Shown here: one piece after another, positions 13,091 to 26,930 of the stretch | Layout: the number at the start of each line of letters is the position of its first letter | How positions within the stretch are numbered: the first letter of the stretch is position 1 | Notes under the pieces: generated by a model | Databases searched by the model: none | Seen by the model: only the letters and a program-made list of their open reading frames with translations | What the model was told of the DNA's origin: nothing | Made by a program: the position numbers and the translations under genes | Origin: Marsupella aquatica | Lineage: Eukaryota > Plantae > Marchantiophyta | Reading direction: 5' to 3' | NCBI GenBank assembly: GCA_973895155.1 | Contig: OZ316897.1 | Location: 12,461,375-12,525,374, forward strand | Length of the DNA: 64,000 bases

Positions 13091-13850
13091 CTAGCCCAAT
13101 GCTTGTGTGCGTTGCACAAAAGATGTTGAGGAGAGAAATGATGTCGAAGTGAGCAAAAGATGTCAAGGTGATAAAGATTTTGAGGAGAGAAAAGATGTCA
13201 AGGTGAGCAAAAGATATTGAGGTGAGCAAAACTTAAGATGTCGAGGTGAGAAAAGATGTCAAAGAGAGAAAAGATGTCAAGGTGAGCATAAGATGTTGAG
13301 GAGATAAAAAGATATCGAGGAGAGAAGTTGTCGAGGTGAGCAAAGTATGTCAAGGTGATAAACATGTCCAAGAGAGAAAAGATGTCCAGATGAGCAACAG
13401 AAGTAGAGAGAAAATATGTGAAGAGAGAAAACAATTTTGAGGAGAAAAATATGCCAAGGAAAGCAAAAGATGTCAAAATGAGCAAAAAAAGTTGAGGTGA
13501 TAAAAGATGTTGCGAGAGAAAATATGTCAAGGTGAGAAAATATGTCAAGGAGAAAAAAATATGTTGCTAAGATGAGACAAAGATATCAAGTAGAAAAAAA
13601 GATTTTGAGGAGAGAAAAGATGTTGACTTGAGCAAAAGATGTGGAGGAGATAAAAACATTTTGAGATAAGAAAAATATGATTAGGCAAGACAAAGATGTC
13701 AAAGCAAGAGAAAGGAAAAATTCTACATTTAGACAAAGATGTTCGGGTGAGGTGAACATGTTGAGGCAGCAAAGAAATGCAAAAAACTGCACATGAGCCA
13801 AATAAATGTAGACAATGGAAAGAAATGCAAGTGAGACAGAAAAATTGTTT
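13091..13850 (-). mobile_element. Non-autonomous Helitron-like element: 3' terminus at 13091 with an ~18-bp internal minisatellite (AAGATGTCAAGGTGAGCAA-like)
   Basis: Minus strand reads TGTGCAACGCACA (hairpin), 11 nt, CTAG, then T, the canonical plant Helitron 3' end. The minisatellite array runs 13120-13780. The 5' end was not located. Confidence 0.65.
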
Positions 13851-16800
13851 AGACATTTCAAATGTTGTTGTAATCATGTTGTCATTATGGTGAATGATGC
13901 AATCACTTTGCTCATGAGGGTGTCACGGCTATGTCATTTTTGCAGCCATGTTGTTGCCAAGCCCAATGCCAAAACTTTGCATAGATATACAGAGATAAGG
14001 TAAAGAACTATTGATTAAAGGCTGAGGTTTTTAGGTGGATCGAACTGAAAATATTGGATTTGCCATAATTCTTTTTTGCCCATTTAATGATAATAGTGTT
14101 TTCAATGTGCATATCTTGTACAGTTTTATTTTATTTTGAAAAAAGATATTATTTTTGTGAAAGCTATGTTGTTGGTGAGAGCAAGAATGTGGAAGGGTGA
14201 GGGAGCGCAAGAGAGGTAATAACCCCCAGGTCCTTCCGGGTCAAGTGGTCGCACAATACTATTGGGAGGAGAGCATTTTTTCCCTGCTTTTTCCTCTTTC
14301 TTCACTCCTATGCCACTCTTAGGCTTGCTTTACCAAATTGACCAGATGATCACTCTCTTTTTCCCACATAAAAAAAACAAGCGGACAAGTCTGAAGGCTA
14401 AAAGCAGCACTCCAAACCTGAGACAAAAGGAGGCACTAGAGTCAGGGAGGTATTCAATGCAACAGAAGAGGCTGAGAGGATTATCTCCTCCCGAGGAAGT
14501 CTGTCGTCTAAAGCTTGCCATAGAAAACAGAGAGTGGGGACATTTTCCCTTCAGCCTATTGAGTGCCATGTAGATTAGGTGTTTTCTCAAACTGTGTGTT
14601 TCTAGACCCAAATGCAAACAGTTACTCGGAGTACACATTCCAGATATGATCCAACTCACAGGAAGAGGAAACATGTGTCCAGTCGTTCTTGTAAAACCCC
14701 CTGGCTTATAAATTGAGTCACAGTATGGGTATTTCAGGGTGATTACAACAATAGACAACATAGATTGGCCAACAATCCCACATAGCTGGAAAGATTTGGG
14801 TAACTCAGGTATGGTTCTTATACAAATGGCCCCCTTGGACTCCTATTTATATCACACTATCAAAGAACAATCACCAATCCACGAGAGAGTTTCAAAGGGA
14901 GGAGACCCAATTAGAGATGACAAAACCGATGTGATTAGTGATACGAATGCCCCCTGATATTATTAAAAGACTCATAGGAAAAAACTGAAGTGACTAGTGG
15001 TTGCCCTTGTCTAAGCCCTGTCCTGACAAATGATGACTCTCAGATACATTTCAACTGTGAATTTTGCTGACCACTTACAAGAAGGTGTTTTAGGGTGGTG
15101 GGTTATCCTGGGAAAATGACCCAAAAGATGCATAGGGAAAACGCATCTGTCCAAATGACACCTGAAAGCTACATGAGATAAGAGGCAAGATATACTTGAT
15201 GGACCCTCAAATAAAATATATGGGAGGAAAGATATACTTGATGGAGCCATCACTGATCCAGACCATTGATGGACCTTAAATTCACATAAGGGATACCTTA
15301 GGGTGTCTCACCGGCATTTTTTAATTTAAGGTTCCATCAAGTGTATCTTTGGAGTGCTAAATGTTGTGTAGTACCTTTTACCGTACTGTCATTTGAAATT
15401 ACTATAAAATCTTGCTTAAAAAAAGCTGCTTTGAGATATTTTGCTTGGAATGCAAGAATAAAAAAATAAACTTTTCAAGTTGTAAGGAGGACAAACTGAT
15501 TTCTGTAAAAAGTGAATAGTAAAAAAATGAAAGGACAATGAGTGAAAACCTTGATAAATGACAAAGGGGAAAAAGACCACAAAGAAATTTTAGTTTGATT
15601 CTTAACTTTACATTCATGCAAAGTTAGGAATCAGGACATATATCACTCCAAAAGTCCAAAGGAACAAAAGCGCCTAACCTGGATACATGATCCCAAAGGC
15701 CAAAAAATCCAATAAAGGGGCAAAAACAAAAGGAAAAAGCGGGAAAACCAATGGGCTATAAAGCCACAGAGTCACAAACCCTAAACATCCCGACAGCAAA
15801 CTAAGGAACTAAAGCCCTATTGAACCCGACCCCCTAACTATGTTGGATCCTCACGACGAGAAAGTGGCCCGGGCCGGACAATAACACCGTCCTAGATTTA
15901 GGTAAAAATGAAGATTATATTTTTGTGAGTGCAAAGAGATATTCCCTTCCATTAAAGCTGGACAAGTCATCTCGATTTGGAAAAAAAAACTCCAGGAAAG
16001 ACTCATCAAATGAAGCATCGAGGGACAAATATATATATATGTTGATAGCATAACTTTCCATCATGGCATATCTTGGGCGAGTGGCCCTCCACAAAATTTA
16101 CAATTTATATCTTTTTTGTCACTATTTGCTCTACCTTTGACAGCCCCTGAAGGCAGTCTACATGAATTGTGAAAGTAAGCTTTATCAGGAAAAAGATAGG
16201 TTGGGGAAGAAGTGGACGTGCTTCATGCAAACAGACTTTATTTGAAGATTCGCTCATTCAAGTCAAATGACTAATTCAGATGGTGTCAAGGCAATAGGGA
16301 CTCTTGGTATCCGTACCCTATATATATATATTCTGTATAACAGTTGTTGACTTTAAGCATGACATTGTGCTCTGTGAGATTCCAAATCTGTACAGGCCAA
16401 GACCCCATCTCTTGCCATAGGGTTGCTCCAACTTGAAACAGTCTCCCCCAAATGGCACAAAAACTCTACTATCCTATCTAGATAAATGAGAAAACAAGTA
16501 TTCTTTAAAGTACCTAGAAGTGTGAAGATTCCACTCAAAAAGATAGAATAGCTTGTCTTGTACTGTTTCCCTGCTCAAAAGGATTCCCATCCTGAGAAGA
16601 AGAATTAATCATTATTTTTTAGAGTTTGGATGTATTTTTAGAATAAATTAGCTTTGGATGACCTTGTACTTGCGCCTCAATGCTTATTCCTTTGCAGAGT
16701 GTCTTCTCCTCACTTCTTGTTTCTTTACAAAGTGTTGGGCCCATTTTTATCCCCACATGCAATTTGTCTAGTAGACAATTGTTTAGCTTCTAAACTATTG

Positions 16801-18253
16801 TGAATCCCTTTCAAAATAAATGGTGTGGCGGAAGACTTCCAAACTTTGGTGGAAGAACACGTAGGGCATGTTTTATTGATTGGTCGACTTCAAAGAACAC
16901 ATAGGCCTATTTAATTGCAAAAAATACTTTTTGTAAAGTTTTTAGGGGTCTGCAAAAAGTTAGGGGGGTCAAACCCTAAAACGTCGCACGCGATGTATGG
17001 CCCTCCATATAGTGACCCCCCCCCCCCCGAGCTTGACAATCGTCGCTCTTTGATTCTTTGTGTTGCGGGAGGGAAGTACTCGGGTTTTGACGATGCTTGG
17101 GCTTTTGTCAATGCTCAATATTTGGGTTTTGTCGATACCTTCAGGTTGTTGATTGAAGCCTAGTGCCTAGTGACAAAATTTGGGTGCCCAATGGCTAGTG
17201 ATAAAAAAAGTGCTTGTGGAAGTACCAGGTTCATAATGACCGCACTTGTCCTCCGAACTGATAGTCACAGATAAAAAATGTCAAGAAAACCCTGTGTGGA
17301 GCATGTGAAATTAAGCCCCATGACTACCCCAGGGTAGAGTAAAAATTCAAATTCAAAGACATAATACATATTGTCTTCAGGATTGTCTTTACTTAGTTTG
17401 TAGTTTGTTAGCATGCGTGGTTCGAATCCGAAGACATGATCCATTGTAGCAGCAGCCGCAATTCCCTTGTTTCCCTAACCACATTGTTTGACCTTTTTTC
17501 CGACTGTGCAAGGTTGGGTGTGGGGTACGGCGATGTAGTTGGTCATTGCATCAAGAAAAAAATTAAAGATTGACTGCTACAAGAATAACTGACACAAAAG
17601 TGTAGCAAGGGGCCTATTAGGTAAAAAAAAAGTTTTGTAGGGATCCATGAGGTAAGAAAGTTACATGAGAAGGCCCATCAAGAATATACCTCAATGCAAT
17701 ACTGGAACAAAGGGTAAATTGTGTTACTTGAGAAAATTTAAACATTTTGTTGTTGTCGATCAAGGTTTCCTTAGTCCATTCACTCATAAGATCAAAATAT
17801 TTATTTAATACTTTGTCACTCAGATTGCCAAAAGGCTATAATTTTTTGCAACCTGAATGGTCTGCCGAGAAACCCTATTTATACTCATGTAGTATATACC
17901 ACATATGAGTGAATTTGACAAGAAAGTGAGGCTGCCCTCTTTGAAATTTTGTAGGGCTCTCTAAATTTGATTATACTATTTAGGTTGGTTGGAAAGTTTT
18001 TTTTTTTCCTTTTTTTTTTAAAGGGAAATTTGTGAAACCCCACAGAAAGAGAAGAGTTTATCCACAACAGTTGAACCCAAGATTTCTCTGTCATGCCTCA
18101 ACATTTAAACCCAAGACCTGTAAGCCTCTATTCAAGTGAGCTACAACAAAATCATGACTTAGAGCCATTCATTCTAACACACCAAGTAAATCAGATTTCA
18201 TTGGATATCTAGGGAGATACTAAATGTCAAATTAACTGTAAATTTTTTTTTGG

Positions 18254-18492
18254 AAATGTAAAGTGTGGACAATGAACCATGAATAAGTTTTGGATGATTA
18301 CGTCCACTTTTGTAAATGTAAAGTGTGGACAATGAACCATGAATAACTTTTGGATGATGACGCCTTGGCGGGAGAGCAAATGTTGGAGGTACCCTTCAAG
18401 CACCAGAAATTAATAACTCAAGCACCAGAAATTAATAACTCGAGCACCAGAAATTAATAACTCAAGCACCAGAGAAGAAGAAATTAATAACT
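18254..18492 (+). repeat. 60-bp duplication (18254-18360) and 22-bp tandem array (AGCACCAGAAATTAATAACTC, ~4 copies, 18399-18492) upstream of HMGR
   Basis: Directly visible. Confidence 0.85.
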
Positions 18493-19417
18493 GGCTCAAT
18501 TCTTCATGAAAAGTAGAGATATTAATCTGGTTCAAAATTTAAGCCCAGATTTCTCAGTGAAAGTAAACTTAAAAAAGAAAGTGGCCAAGTACATAATTAG
18601 ACCATGAAATATGGTAATTTAGTAAATGTCAGGTAGCAACAATTCCGCAATTTCTGTCTCTCACTCTCGCAATTTCTCTCCAAATAGTGACCGACTCTCA
18701 AGTCACGAGAAGTATAAGAATACCGAGTAAAGATGCAAGAGAGAAAAGCTTTGGCTCAGCGCGTCGAGTGTGTAGCCAGCCAGGCGAGACGCTGGCAGTT
18801 GAGTGTTGGGAAAGGGTCTAGTCCAATCGCCTCACAGTAGTATCAGTCTCAGAGATCTCTTCTTTCTCAAGAGAATGATCGAATTTGGGTCGGCAGATTT
18901 TTGAAATCGGCCCAGACAACTAGAGAAGAGAGGGAGACAAGTTCTTGTGAAAAAATCGAGCTCGACGCTGCTTTCTGGTCGTGGTGGTGACTGAGTAGCA
19001 ATCGTTGGCAGTTCCTTCGTTGCTTGGTTCGAAAGGTGCGCTGATAACGGCCAGGCTAGAGTTGGGGCTGCTGTCGTCCACTTTTCGTGATTCGAATGGG
19101 ACGTTGTCTCACGGATTTGCTTGAGGGATCGCTGTGAGTTCTCCCTCGCCGGCTTATTGTGGTGAGAGCGCCCACATTGCCGTATGTTTTGGGTGTAGAA
19201 GCAGTGTGGGGAAGGAAGGCGACGTGTCGTTCGATTCATGGGATGGAAGTGGGCTTGGCTTGCAATTCTAGCCCTCTCTTAGGTCGTTCTGTCAACTCTG
19301 AGGACTGCATTGCGTTTTGCTGAATTTTCCTGTGGTCTCTGCCGCTTCTAAAGTGCGGCAAGGAAGTTTGGCCAGAATTTGTCTCTGTGGAAGAGTCATC
19401 TCTTTCCGTAACTTCGC

Positions 19418-21902
19418 ATGGCGGGGAAGATGGGGTCAGAAGACTTATTGAAGGATATGCAGAAGGGCATCCCGCGGGCTCTGACCAATATGAGAAGCCG
19501 TCACAATCGACAGAGAGAGGGCAAAGCCTTGGCTTCAGATGCCCTGCCTCTCCCCGTGGGCTTGACCAACAAGATTTTCATGGTCATCTTTTTCGCCGCC
19601 TCTTACTACTTAATGCGCAGGTGGAGAGAGAAGATCAGGACTTCTACTCCTTTGCACATGCTGAACTTGGGAGAAATTGCTGCCATTCTAGCCCAGGCAG
19701 CCTCCTTCATCTACTTGATTGGTTTCTTCGGCATTGACTACGTGCAAAATTTCGTCAGCAAGGGCGTCGATGGAGCTTGGGATTCGGAAGATTTCAGGTT
19801 GCCTGAAGTGAATTGCCAGGCCGCACCTTGTCTGCCCAGTACAATCAAAGGCGAGGTGCTGCTGAAGGGGAAAGTAATCAAGGAGTACGGTGATGAAGAA
19901 CTTTCACAGGCTGTGGCTAATGGGGAAGTTGCATCGTACGCTTTGGAAGCCGAGTTAGTAGATTGTGAGAGAGCAGCTTTAGTGAGGCGAAGAGCTGTAG
20001 AACTTTCATCGAGTAGGTCGCTCGAAGGACTGCCGCTTACGGGTCTGGACTATTCTAAAATTCTCGGCCAATGCTGTGAGATGGTGATCGGTTATGTGCA
20101 ACTTCCAGTCGGGGTGGCTGGCCCTCTCCTGCTGGATGGGTTCGAATACACCGTCCCGATGGCAACCACGGAAGGCTGTCTTGTTGCCAGCACAAACCGA
20201 GGATGCAAAGCTATTTTACAATCAGGTGGTGCTCAATCTGTCGTAACCAAAGACGGAATGACCAGAGCACCTGTGGTTCGTTTCGAAAGCGCGAAGCGGG
20301 CTGCTGAGTTGAAGTGGTTCTTGGAAGATCCGAACAACTTTGATACTTTGTCAATGGTCTTCAACAGGTATACATCCTTTAAATGATCCCGTTTGAGGTA
20401 CTTTACCTAGCAGTCGTGGACCTCATCATTACAGTTTTGAACTTTCTGCATTTTACCGCCCGCCCGTTTCTGGCCATTGCATTGGTCGCACGATGACAAC
20501 CATTGTTGGAGCTCTACCGTCGGTGCTGTACCGGTTTGTCATTTTTGCTTACCTTGGCCAGCCATGAGTCCATACTTATGGCGTGCTACACTCACTGTGG
20601 AATGTTGCAATGATTAATTGGGAGCTGGTCCACTGGGTTTTGCAGAAGCAGCAGGTTTGCGAGGTTGCAAGATGTCTACTGTGTTCTGGCTGGCCGGAAT
20701 GTCTTCTTGCGGTTTACTTGTTCTACTGGAGATGCGATGGGCATGAACATGATTTCCAAGGGGGTACAAAATGTCTTGAGCTACCTCGAGAGTTTATTCC
20801 CAGACATGGAGACCATAAGTATCTCGGGTAACTAACGCTGCTCTTCGATCCTGTTGTAAGCCTGCTACTTGGCGTGTTTTCTTGAGTCAGTATTCGAACT
20901 GAATGGAGGACTGTTCACACCATACTCTGGGCGATGCGTTTCAACCCGCATCCTGCTCTATTGTGTTGTATGTTTTCCTTTGCGATCGGAAGCAGCAATG
21001 TACGTGCAACGTTGAACTTCTTCTCTGACATAATATTTCCTGTCATCTTTTTCCAGGTAATTTTTGCGCTGATAAGAAGGCCACGGCTGTGAATTGGATC
21101 GAAGGTCGGGGGAAGTCAGTGGTTTGCGAAGCGGTTTTGAAGGGAGAAGTAGTCCGGAAGATTTTAAAAACCTCCGTACCTGCGCTGGTGCAGTTGAACG
21201 TGATCAAGAATCTAGCAGGATCTGCTCTCGCCGGTGCCGTGGGAGGTTTCAACGCGCATGCTGGAAATATTGTCTCAGCCGTCTTCATTGCGACCGGTCA
21301 GGATCCAGCTCAGAATGTGGAAAGTTCTCAATGTATGACAATGATGGAGGCTGTCAATGACGGGCAAGATTTGCACGTCTCAGTAACAATGCCATCCATT
21401 GAGGTAAGGAAAATGACATCTCGGATAAACTCTACTTTACGGGCAAGTTTATTAAAATGAGACGTCGATATCATCCAGATTCATGTACTTTCTTTTGCGT
21501 GGTCCGTTATGTGGATGTTGATGGGAAGCATGGTCTGTGGTCAACCAGGTTGGAACCATTGGTGGAGGAACTCAGCTGCCATCGCAAGCAGCATGTTTGA
21601 ATTTGCTAGGGGTGAAAGGAGCTCATCCAGAAGTACCCGGCGCGAACTCCGAACAACTGGCAAGGATTGTTGCAGGGGCTGTCCTCGCAGGAGAGATTTC
21701 CTTGATGTCAGCCTTAGCTTCAAATCAACTTGTGAAAAGTCATCTGAAATATAACCGGTCCGGCCAGAATATGGCTGCCTCTGTCCCTCAACCCGTTCCT
21801 CAGCTACCCCCATCAGGTTCGTTCAGGCACAGACGAATTCTGAGCTCCAGAACTTCCTCATCCGATCTTACCAAATTGGTTCAGGAGGGAGGAGGCCTTT
21901 AG
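19418..21902 (+). CDS. HMGR: 3-hydroxy-3-methylglutaryl-CoA reductase (class I, plant two-TM type), 4 exons, ~610 aa
   Basis: Exons 19418-20367, 20646-20827, 21057-21403, 21549-21902 (1833 nt). Motifs: [77 protein letters not shown], and SHLKYNRS (catalytic His, SnRK1-target Ser). Confidence 0.97.
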
Positions 21903-23675
21903 ATCAACTTACTTGCTTCCTTTCGAACCGCAATGGTTCAAATCAAACGAATTCCGAGCTCTACGACTTCCTCATGCGATCTCACCAAAATGGTTGAGTA
22001 GGGAGTCCTTCAGATCGACTTACTTGCTTCGTTTCGATCCGAAATGGTTTAAGAAGCCCCATATACCCCTGACAGCATTGGCCTCCGTTCCCGCCCGCAA
22101 ACTGTAGACCCGTACAACGATGTGTCCCCTAAACGTATAGGACTTCATTGTCCTGTGACCTGAACTGTTGAAGTGTAGACCCAATTGGCGACGTGTATAT
22201 AAATCCAATGCTGTGACCAGAATTGTTGAAGTGTAGACCCAGTTGGCGACGTGTATATAAATCCAATGCTGCATGTCCTAAGGGTGTAGGACTTTGTCCG
22301 GTGACCTCATATACTCAAGTCGAAAAGTTTCTACCCTCGATTTTTTGGCTGGATGACATTTTGGCCTTCTGCCTCCAACTCGACCGCGACCCGCTTCGGG
22401 AACCTTACATTTCGGTTTGGAAGTGGGCTTTGTATGAACTTTCTGTGACTATCGAAAGTCTGTTGCGGCGCTTATTCCCAAAGCAGCCTCGGTCTGCCTT
22501 TTAGACTGTAGAGACAAAGTCTGGCCGTTTGGCTGAGGCTGAACGAGCGGGCTCCTCTCAGAAGGGTGACGCACAGATAGGCAGTTCCTAGAGATCTTCT
22601 GTCCATTTCACCATATCATTTCTGTCACGCTTTAGCGATTGTGATCAATTTATTTCAGTACATGGAGGAAATTGGTCATGATACCTCAGAGCGCTGGCTG
22701 CGGGTTTTTGCATTTCCTTCGTTTATCACTGGAGTACTTCACGGTACGTGAAGTGTTTGTATGGGAACCTTAATAAATCGAAGGGCATTTTTGGAAACGA
22801 CAGTGTCGTCACTTCTGGAGGAACTCGATTTAAACATTATTGTGTTGTAGCAAGCAGAGGTGTTTTCTCCTCATATCGTCACTCTATTATCCGGTCGCTT
22901 CTGCTGATGATATCCTGGAAACGGATGTCATAGTCGGCAATGCGTACCCGACATCGCCCTGTCGAGTTCTGTCGTTGATTTGCATGGTTGGTACGTATCT
23001 CTTTTTATATCGAAAGCAACACGTTGTCCTTGCTTGCCTCCAAAAGAAATATCACTTCCTTGTCTCGAAAGCGGCTTCTGGGCTCTTGTCCCTCTCCATT
23101 TTTGCTGATGATAGACTCGAAAAAGACGTCATAGGCAGCAATATGTACCCAATTTTGCCTCGCCCAGTTCTGTCGTTGATATGATGGATTGATATGTATA
23201 TCACTTTGTCCCGTAAGCAACTCATAGTCCTTTTTTCCCTCGATAGCAATTTTTGGGCCCTTGTCTCTCGTCTTTGCCGTCGCCTGCCTTGCTTCATGGA
23301 TTTTGCACTTCACCCGCTATGAATCTCTGGCTTATTGTAAGCCTTACTAAAGATGAATCTTTTTCGTGTCGTTGACCCTTTTGTCGAGTGGATTTTTGCA
23401 TCTTGTTTTCGAACTATTTCAGGACGAACATATTTGCAAGGAATGTGTTGAGATGCTTTTACTGAGATGCTCTTGTCGATTCTCGTGTAGATTCCATGCT
23501 TTATAGCGTCGAATAGTGTCTACCAGTCGTCATTTTTGGCGGAGGGGTTTCTTTTCCTTGCATGGAATTCCATTCAGTATCCAGCGAGATTCGATTCTTC
23601 GTCAATTCGGGCAGAGAGGATGGGTCCACGTTTAGTTCCCTTGTTTCCTCTCCCTTTTGTTTTTGGCCACTTCTT

Positions 23676-24012
23676 TAGTTAACTCTCCCTTGTTTGCTTG
23701 ATGGACCCCCAAATGAAAGTGTTACTTGATGGGAAATAGTTAACTCTCCCTTGTTTGCTTGATGGACCCCCAAATGAAAAGTGTTACTTGATGGGAAATA
23801 GTTGACTCTCCCTTGTTTGCTTGATGGACCCCCAAATGAGAAGTGTTACTTGATGGGAAAGTGTTACTTGGTGGGACCCTTAAAGTTTTGAGTGGATTGA
23901 TTTAAGGTCTATCAACTGTCTGGATCACCCAGGTCCCATCAAGTAACTCTTTTAGTTTTTGGGGTGAGTGATCCCATAGACTAACACTTTTTGTTTGGGG
24001 GGTCCATCAAGC
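23676..24012. mobile_element. Foldback/MITE-like element with a triplicated left arm (~71-bp unit x3)
   Basis: Left arm TGCTTGATGGACCCCCAAA...AAGTGTTACTTGATGGGA. Its reverse complements are TCCCATCAAGTAAC (23934-23947) and TTTGGGGGGTCCATCAAGCA (23994-24013). Related sequence occurs at 15190-15350 and 47107-47145. Confidence 0.6.
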
Positions 24013-25989
24013 AGATATCTTACTATTCCAGTGGTAATTTGATTCCAGTGTGTAAATTTATACTTATACCTTCCAGTGGTAATTTGATACTTATGCCAAA
24101 ATTATTCAGGGAGTTTTCACAAAAAAGCAAAACTTCCTTCCAAAAAGTAGTAATTCCTAGTTCATGCCTAAACTACTTAGGGAGTCTTTCACAAAATTGA
24201 TAGTCCATTGGTGGCTGATTTATAATATTTGATTATTTTTTTGGCTTCATTTGAAATCAAATGAATGGTCTCAGAATAATCTCAAACTTTGTCCGGTAAT
24301 GGATCAGACATCAAAGAACATGCTCATTTCAAATCAAATTAATTGTCTCAAAATAATTAAAACTTTGTCTGGTAATGGATAAAATGAATGGTCTCAGAAT
24401 AATCTCAAACTTTGTCTGGTAAAGGATCAAATGAATGTCTCAGAATAATCTAATGTATTGGACATCAAAGAACATATTGGCAAACTTTAGCTTAAACAAA
24501 TATATTAAAGTTGTCCAAACTAAATGCACAAGTCTGCCAAATAGCAGATGCACAAATCTGTCCAAAAAAATCAGTAGTTTATAGTTGGTCAAACACTTGG
24601 AAAATCTACCCGGGCGCACTTCTCAAAGGTCACTCGTCATTCCAAAAGCAGTTGGTCATTGTTTTCCATTCTACTGGATGATGACTTTATGGATTCCATT
24701 CGGATGAGCAGGACAAACCCTCGGAGGTTTCACTTTCATAAAATTGACTTATCACGTGCGACAAAAACTATGGTAATTTAATTGGTCTTAAGGGAAGACT
24801 TGGAAATTTTTGTGTAAGAATTTTAGTGTCTTTTAAATACAATTTCGAGTCTTGTAAGAACAATAAGATCATTTTAATCAGAAATATTCCAATTTTATTG
24901 GGTTTGAAAAGTAATTTTTTTTCTTACATTTAGGGGGTGGGGTTGAGACTCTATGTAGTCAGACCCCGAGGACAAATCCCTTGGTCCATCTGGGCTTTAT
25001 AATTATTCCCAATATAGTGGTTGACCTATCATCAATAAGTCATTTATTTATTTGCAAAAATACATAAAGACCAGCGGAAATTGAAGCATTGATGGACCTC
25101 TGCATTTGCCAAAATGTTGCCTTGGGCTATACTTTTGCAGTGGAACCCTTTATGTTGCTTAAATAGTACATATTACATGGATGATCTCATTGCTGATAAT
25201 ATAGATATTGAAGACTGTAATACAAGGTTGCGCGTTTTTATGAAGTGCCCGTCATTCAAATTTGCAGTGCCAAAAAAAGAAGAAATCAATAAACAAAGGC
25301 ATAACACAAAAAATGAATCAAATATAGCATGGACCTTAAGCACAACCTTTTCACACAAAAATGAATCAAATGGTGTTAACAAAAGACAAAAAATGAAATT
25401 AACATTTTGCATGTGGAGTGTCAAGGAGGTCCTCACTTTATATCATGAAAGTTCTATCACCTACTATCTCATATGCATCGTCAATGATTAATCATGAATG
25501 CACAAGAAAATAATAATATTGACTGCATAGTACAACTATAAGAAAAAATTAATTGAATGGAGTCAAACACAGTAACTTTGGTTAAAGGAGAGAAGAAGTT
25601 ATTATAATATTATATCATTTATAAATCTTACATTTACAAACTCAAGAAAAAATGGGAACCCATTCTACCCTTTCACTAAAAATTTAATTTGTGTGAACTG
25701 TCGGATCCATCCATAGCCCTTTTAATCTCAATTTCCTCTGCCCATGCTACCCGTAGCCTAACCTGACCAAGATATACAATTAAATAAATATTAATTAAAA
25801 ACTAATTATTAGCTTTAAAGTATTAAAAAAACTTGAATATAAATACCATATATTACACATTTTTTTTAATCACTCAGTTGTGCTTGGACTCTATGTTGCG
25901 GTGACCATTATCTCGTGTCTCCAATTTCTATGTGCAATACACAGGATGTTAAACACCCCCACAATAACTTTTAGCTTGTTTTTGGTCAC

Positions 25990-26930
25990 GGGTCATTTTT
26001 TCTCACATTGACATCTTTATCTTACCACGACATCTTTCCTTCACCCTCAACATATTTTCTCTCTTTGACATGTTTTCCTCGTCTTCACATGTTTTCCTCA
26101 CCTCGCCATGTTTTCTCTTTGACATCTTTTTTCACCTTGACATCCAATATTTTTGTCAAATCCACATTTCTATCTCACCACAACATCTTTTCCTCATCTT
26201 TACATATTTTTCTCACCTTGCCATGGCCATCTTTTCTCTCTATGACATATATTTTCTCAGCTCGACATCTCTTTTTCTCATTGATGTCTTTTTTCACCTC
26301 AACATCTTTTTGTCACCAGGTCATCTTTTGTGCAATTTTTGTCTTAATGACATCTTGGGTGCCACAACACCTTTTTTCTTAACAATGTCTTAGTTGGGTG
26401 ACATGACATCTCTTTTCTTAAGGGCATCTTTTTTCTTAAGTACATCTTGGGTGACACCATCTTTTTTCTTAATGACACCTTGGGCAACACGACATTGTTT
26501 TTCTTCACAACATCTTGGGCAACACAACATTTGTTTCTGAACGACATCTTGGGAAACACAACATATTTTTTCTTAACAATATCTTGGGCGACACGACATC
26601 TTTTTCTTAATGACATCTTAGGTGACACAACATCATTTTTTTCTTAACAACATCTTGGGCGACACGACATCTTTTTTTTTAACTACATCTTGGGCGACAT
26701 GGCATCTTTTTCCTTAATGACATCTTGGGCGACACAACATCTTTTTTTCTTAATGACATCTTAGACAACACGACATCTTTTTCCTTGACGACATCTTGGG
26801 CGACACAACATCTTTTTTTCTTAATGACATCTTAGACAACACGACATCTTTTTCCTTGACGACATCTTGGGTGACACGACATCTTTTTTCTTAACGACAT
26901 CTTTTGTGCAACGCATGGCTATTGAGCTAG
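25990..26930 (+). mobile_element. Non-autonomous Helitron-like element ending at 26930, same family as the 13.1-kb copy, with two minisatellite arrays
   Basis: GACATCTTTTGTGCAACGCAT, 10 nt, CTAG|T at 26896-26931. 26000-26330 is the reverse complement of the 13.1-kb 18-bp repeat. 26340-26900 is a ~33-bp array (GACATCTTGGGCGACACGACATCTTTTTTCTTAAT). Confidence 0.65.

Noticed and set aside
13198-13877. Hydrophobic Phe/Leu/Ser-rich ORFs, also at 26008-26647
   Set aside because: Translations of T/C-rich minisatellites, not membrane proteins.
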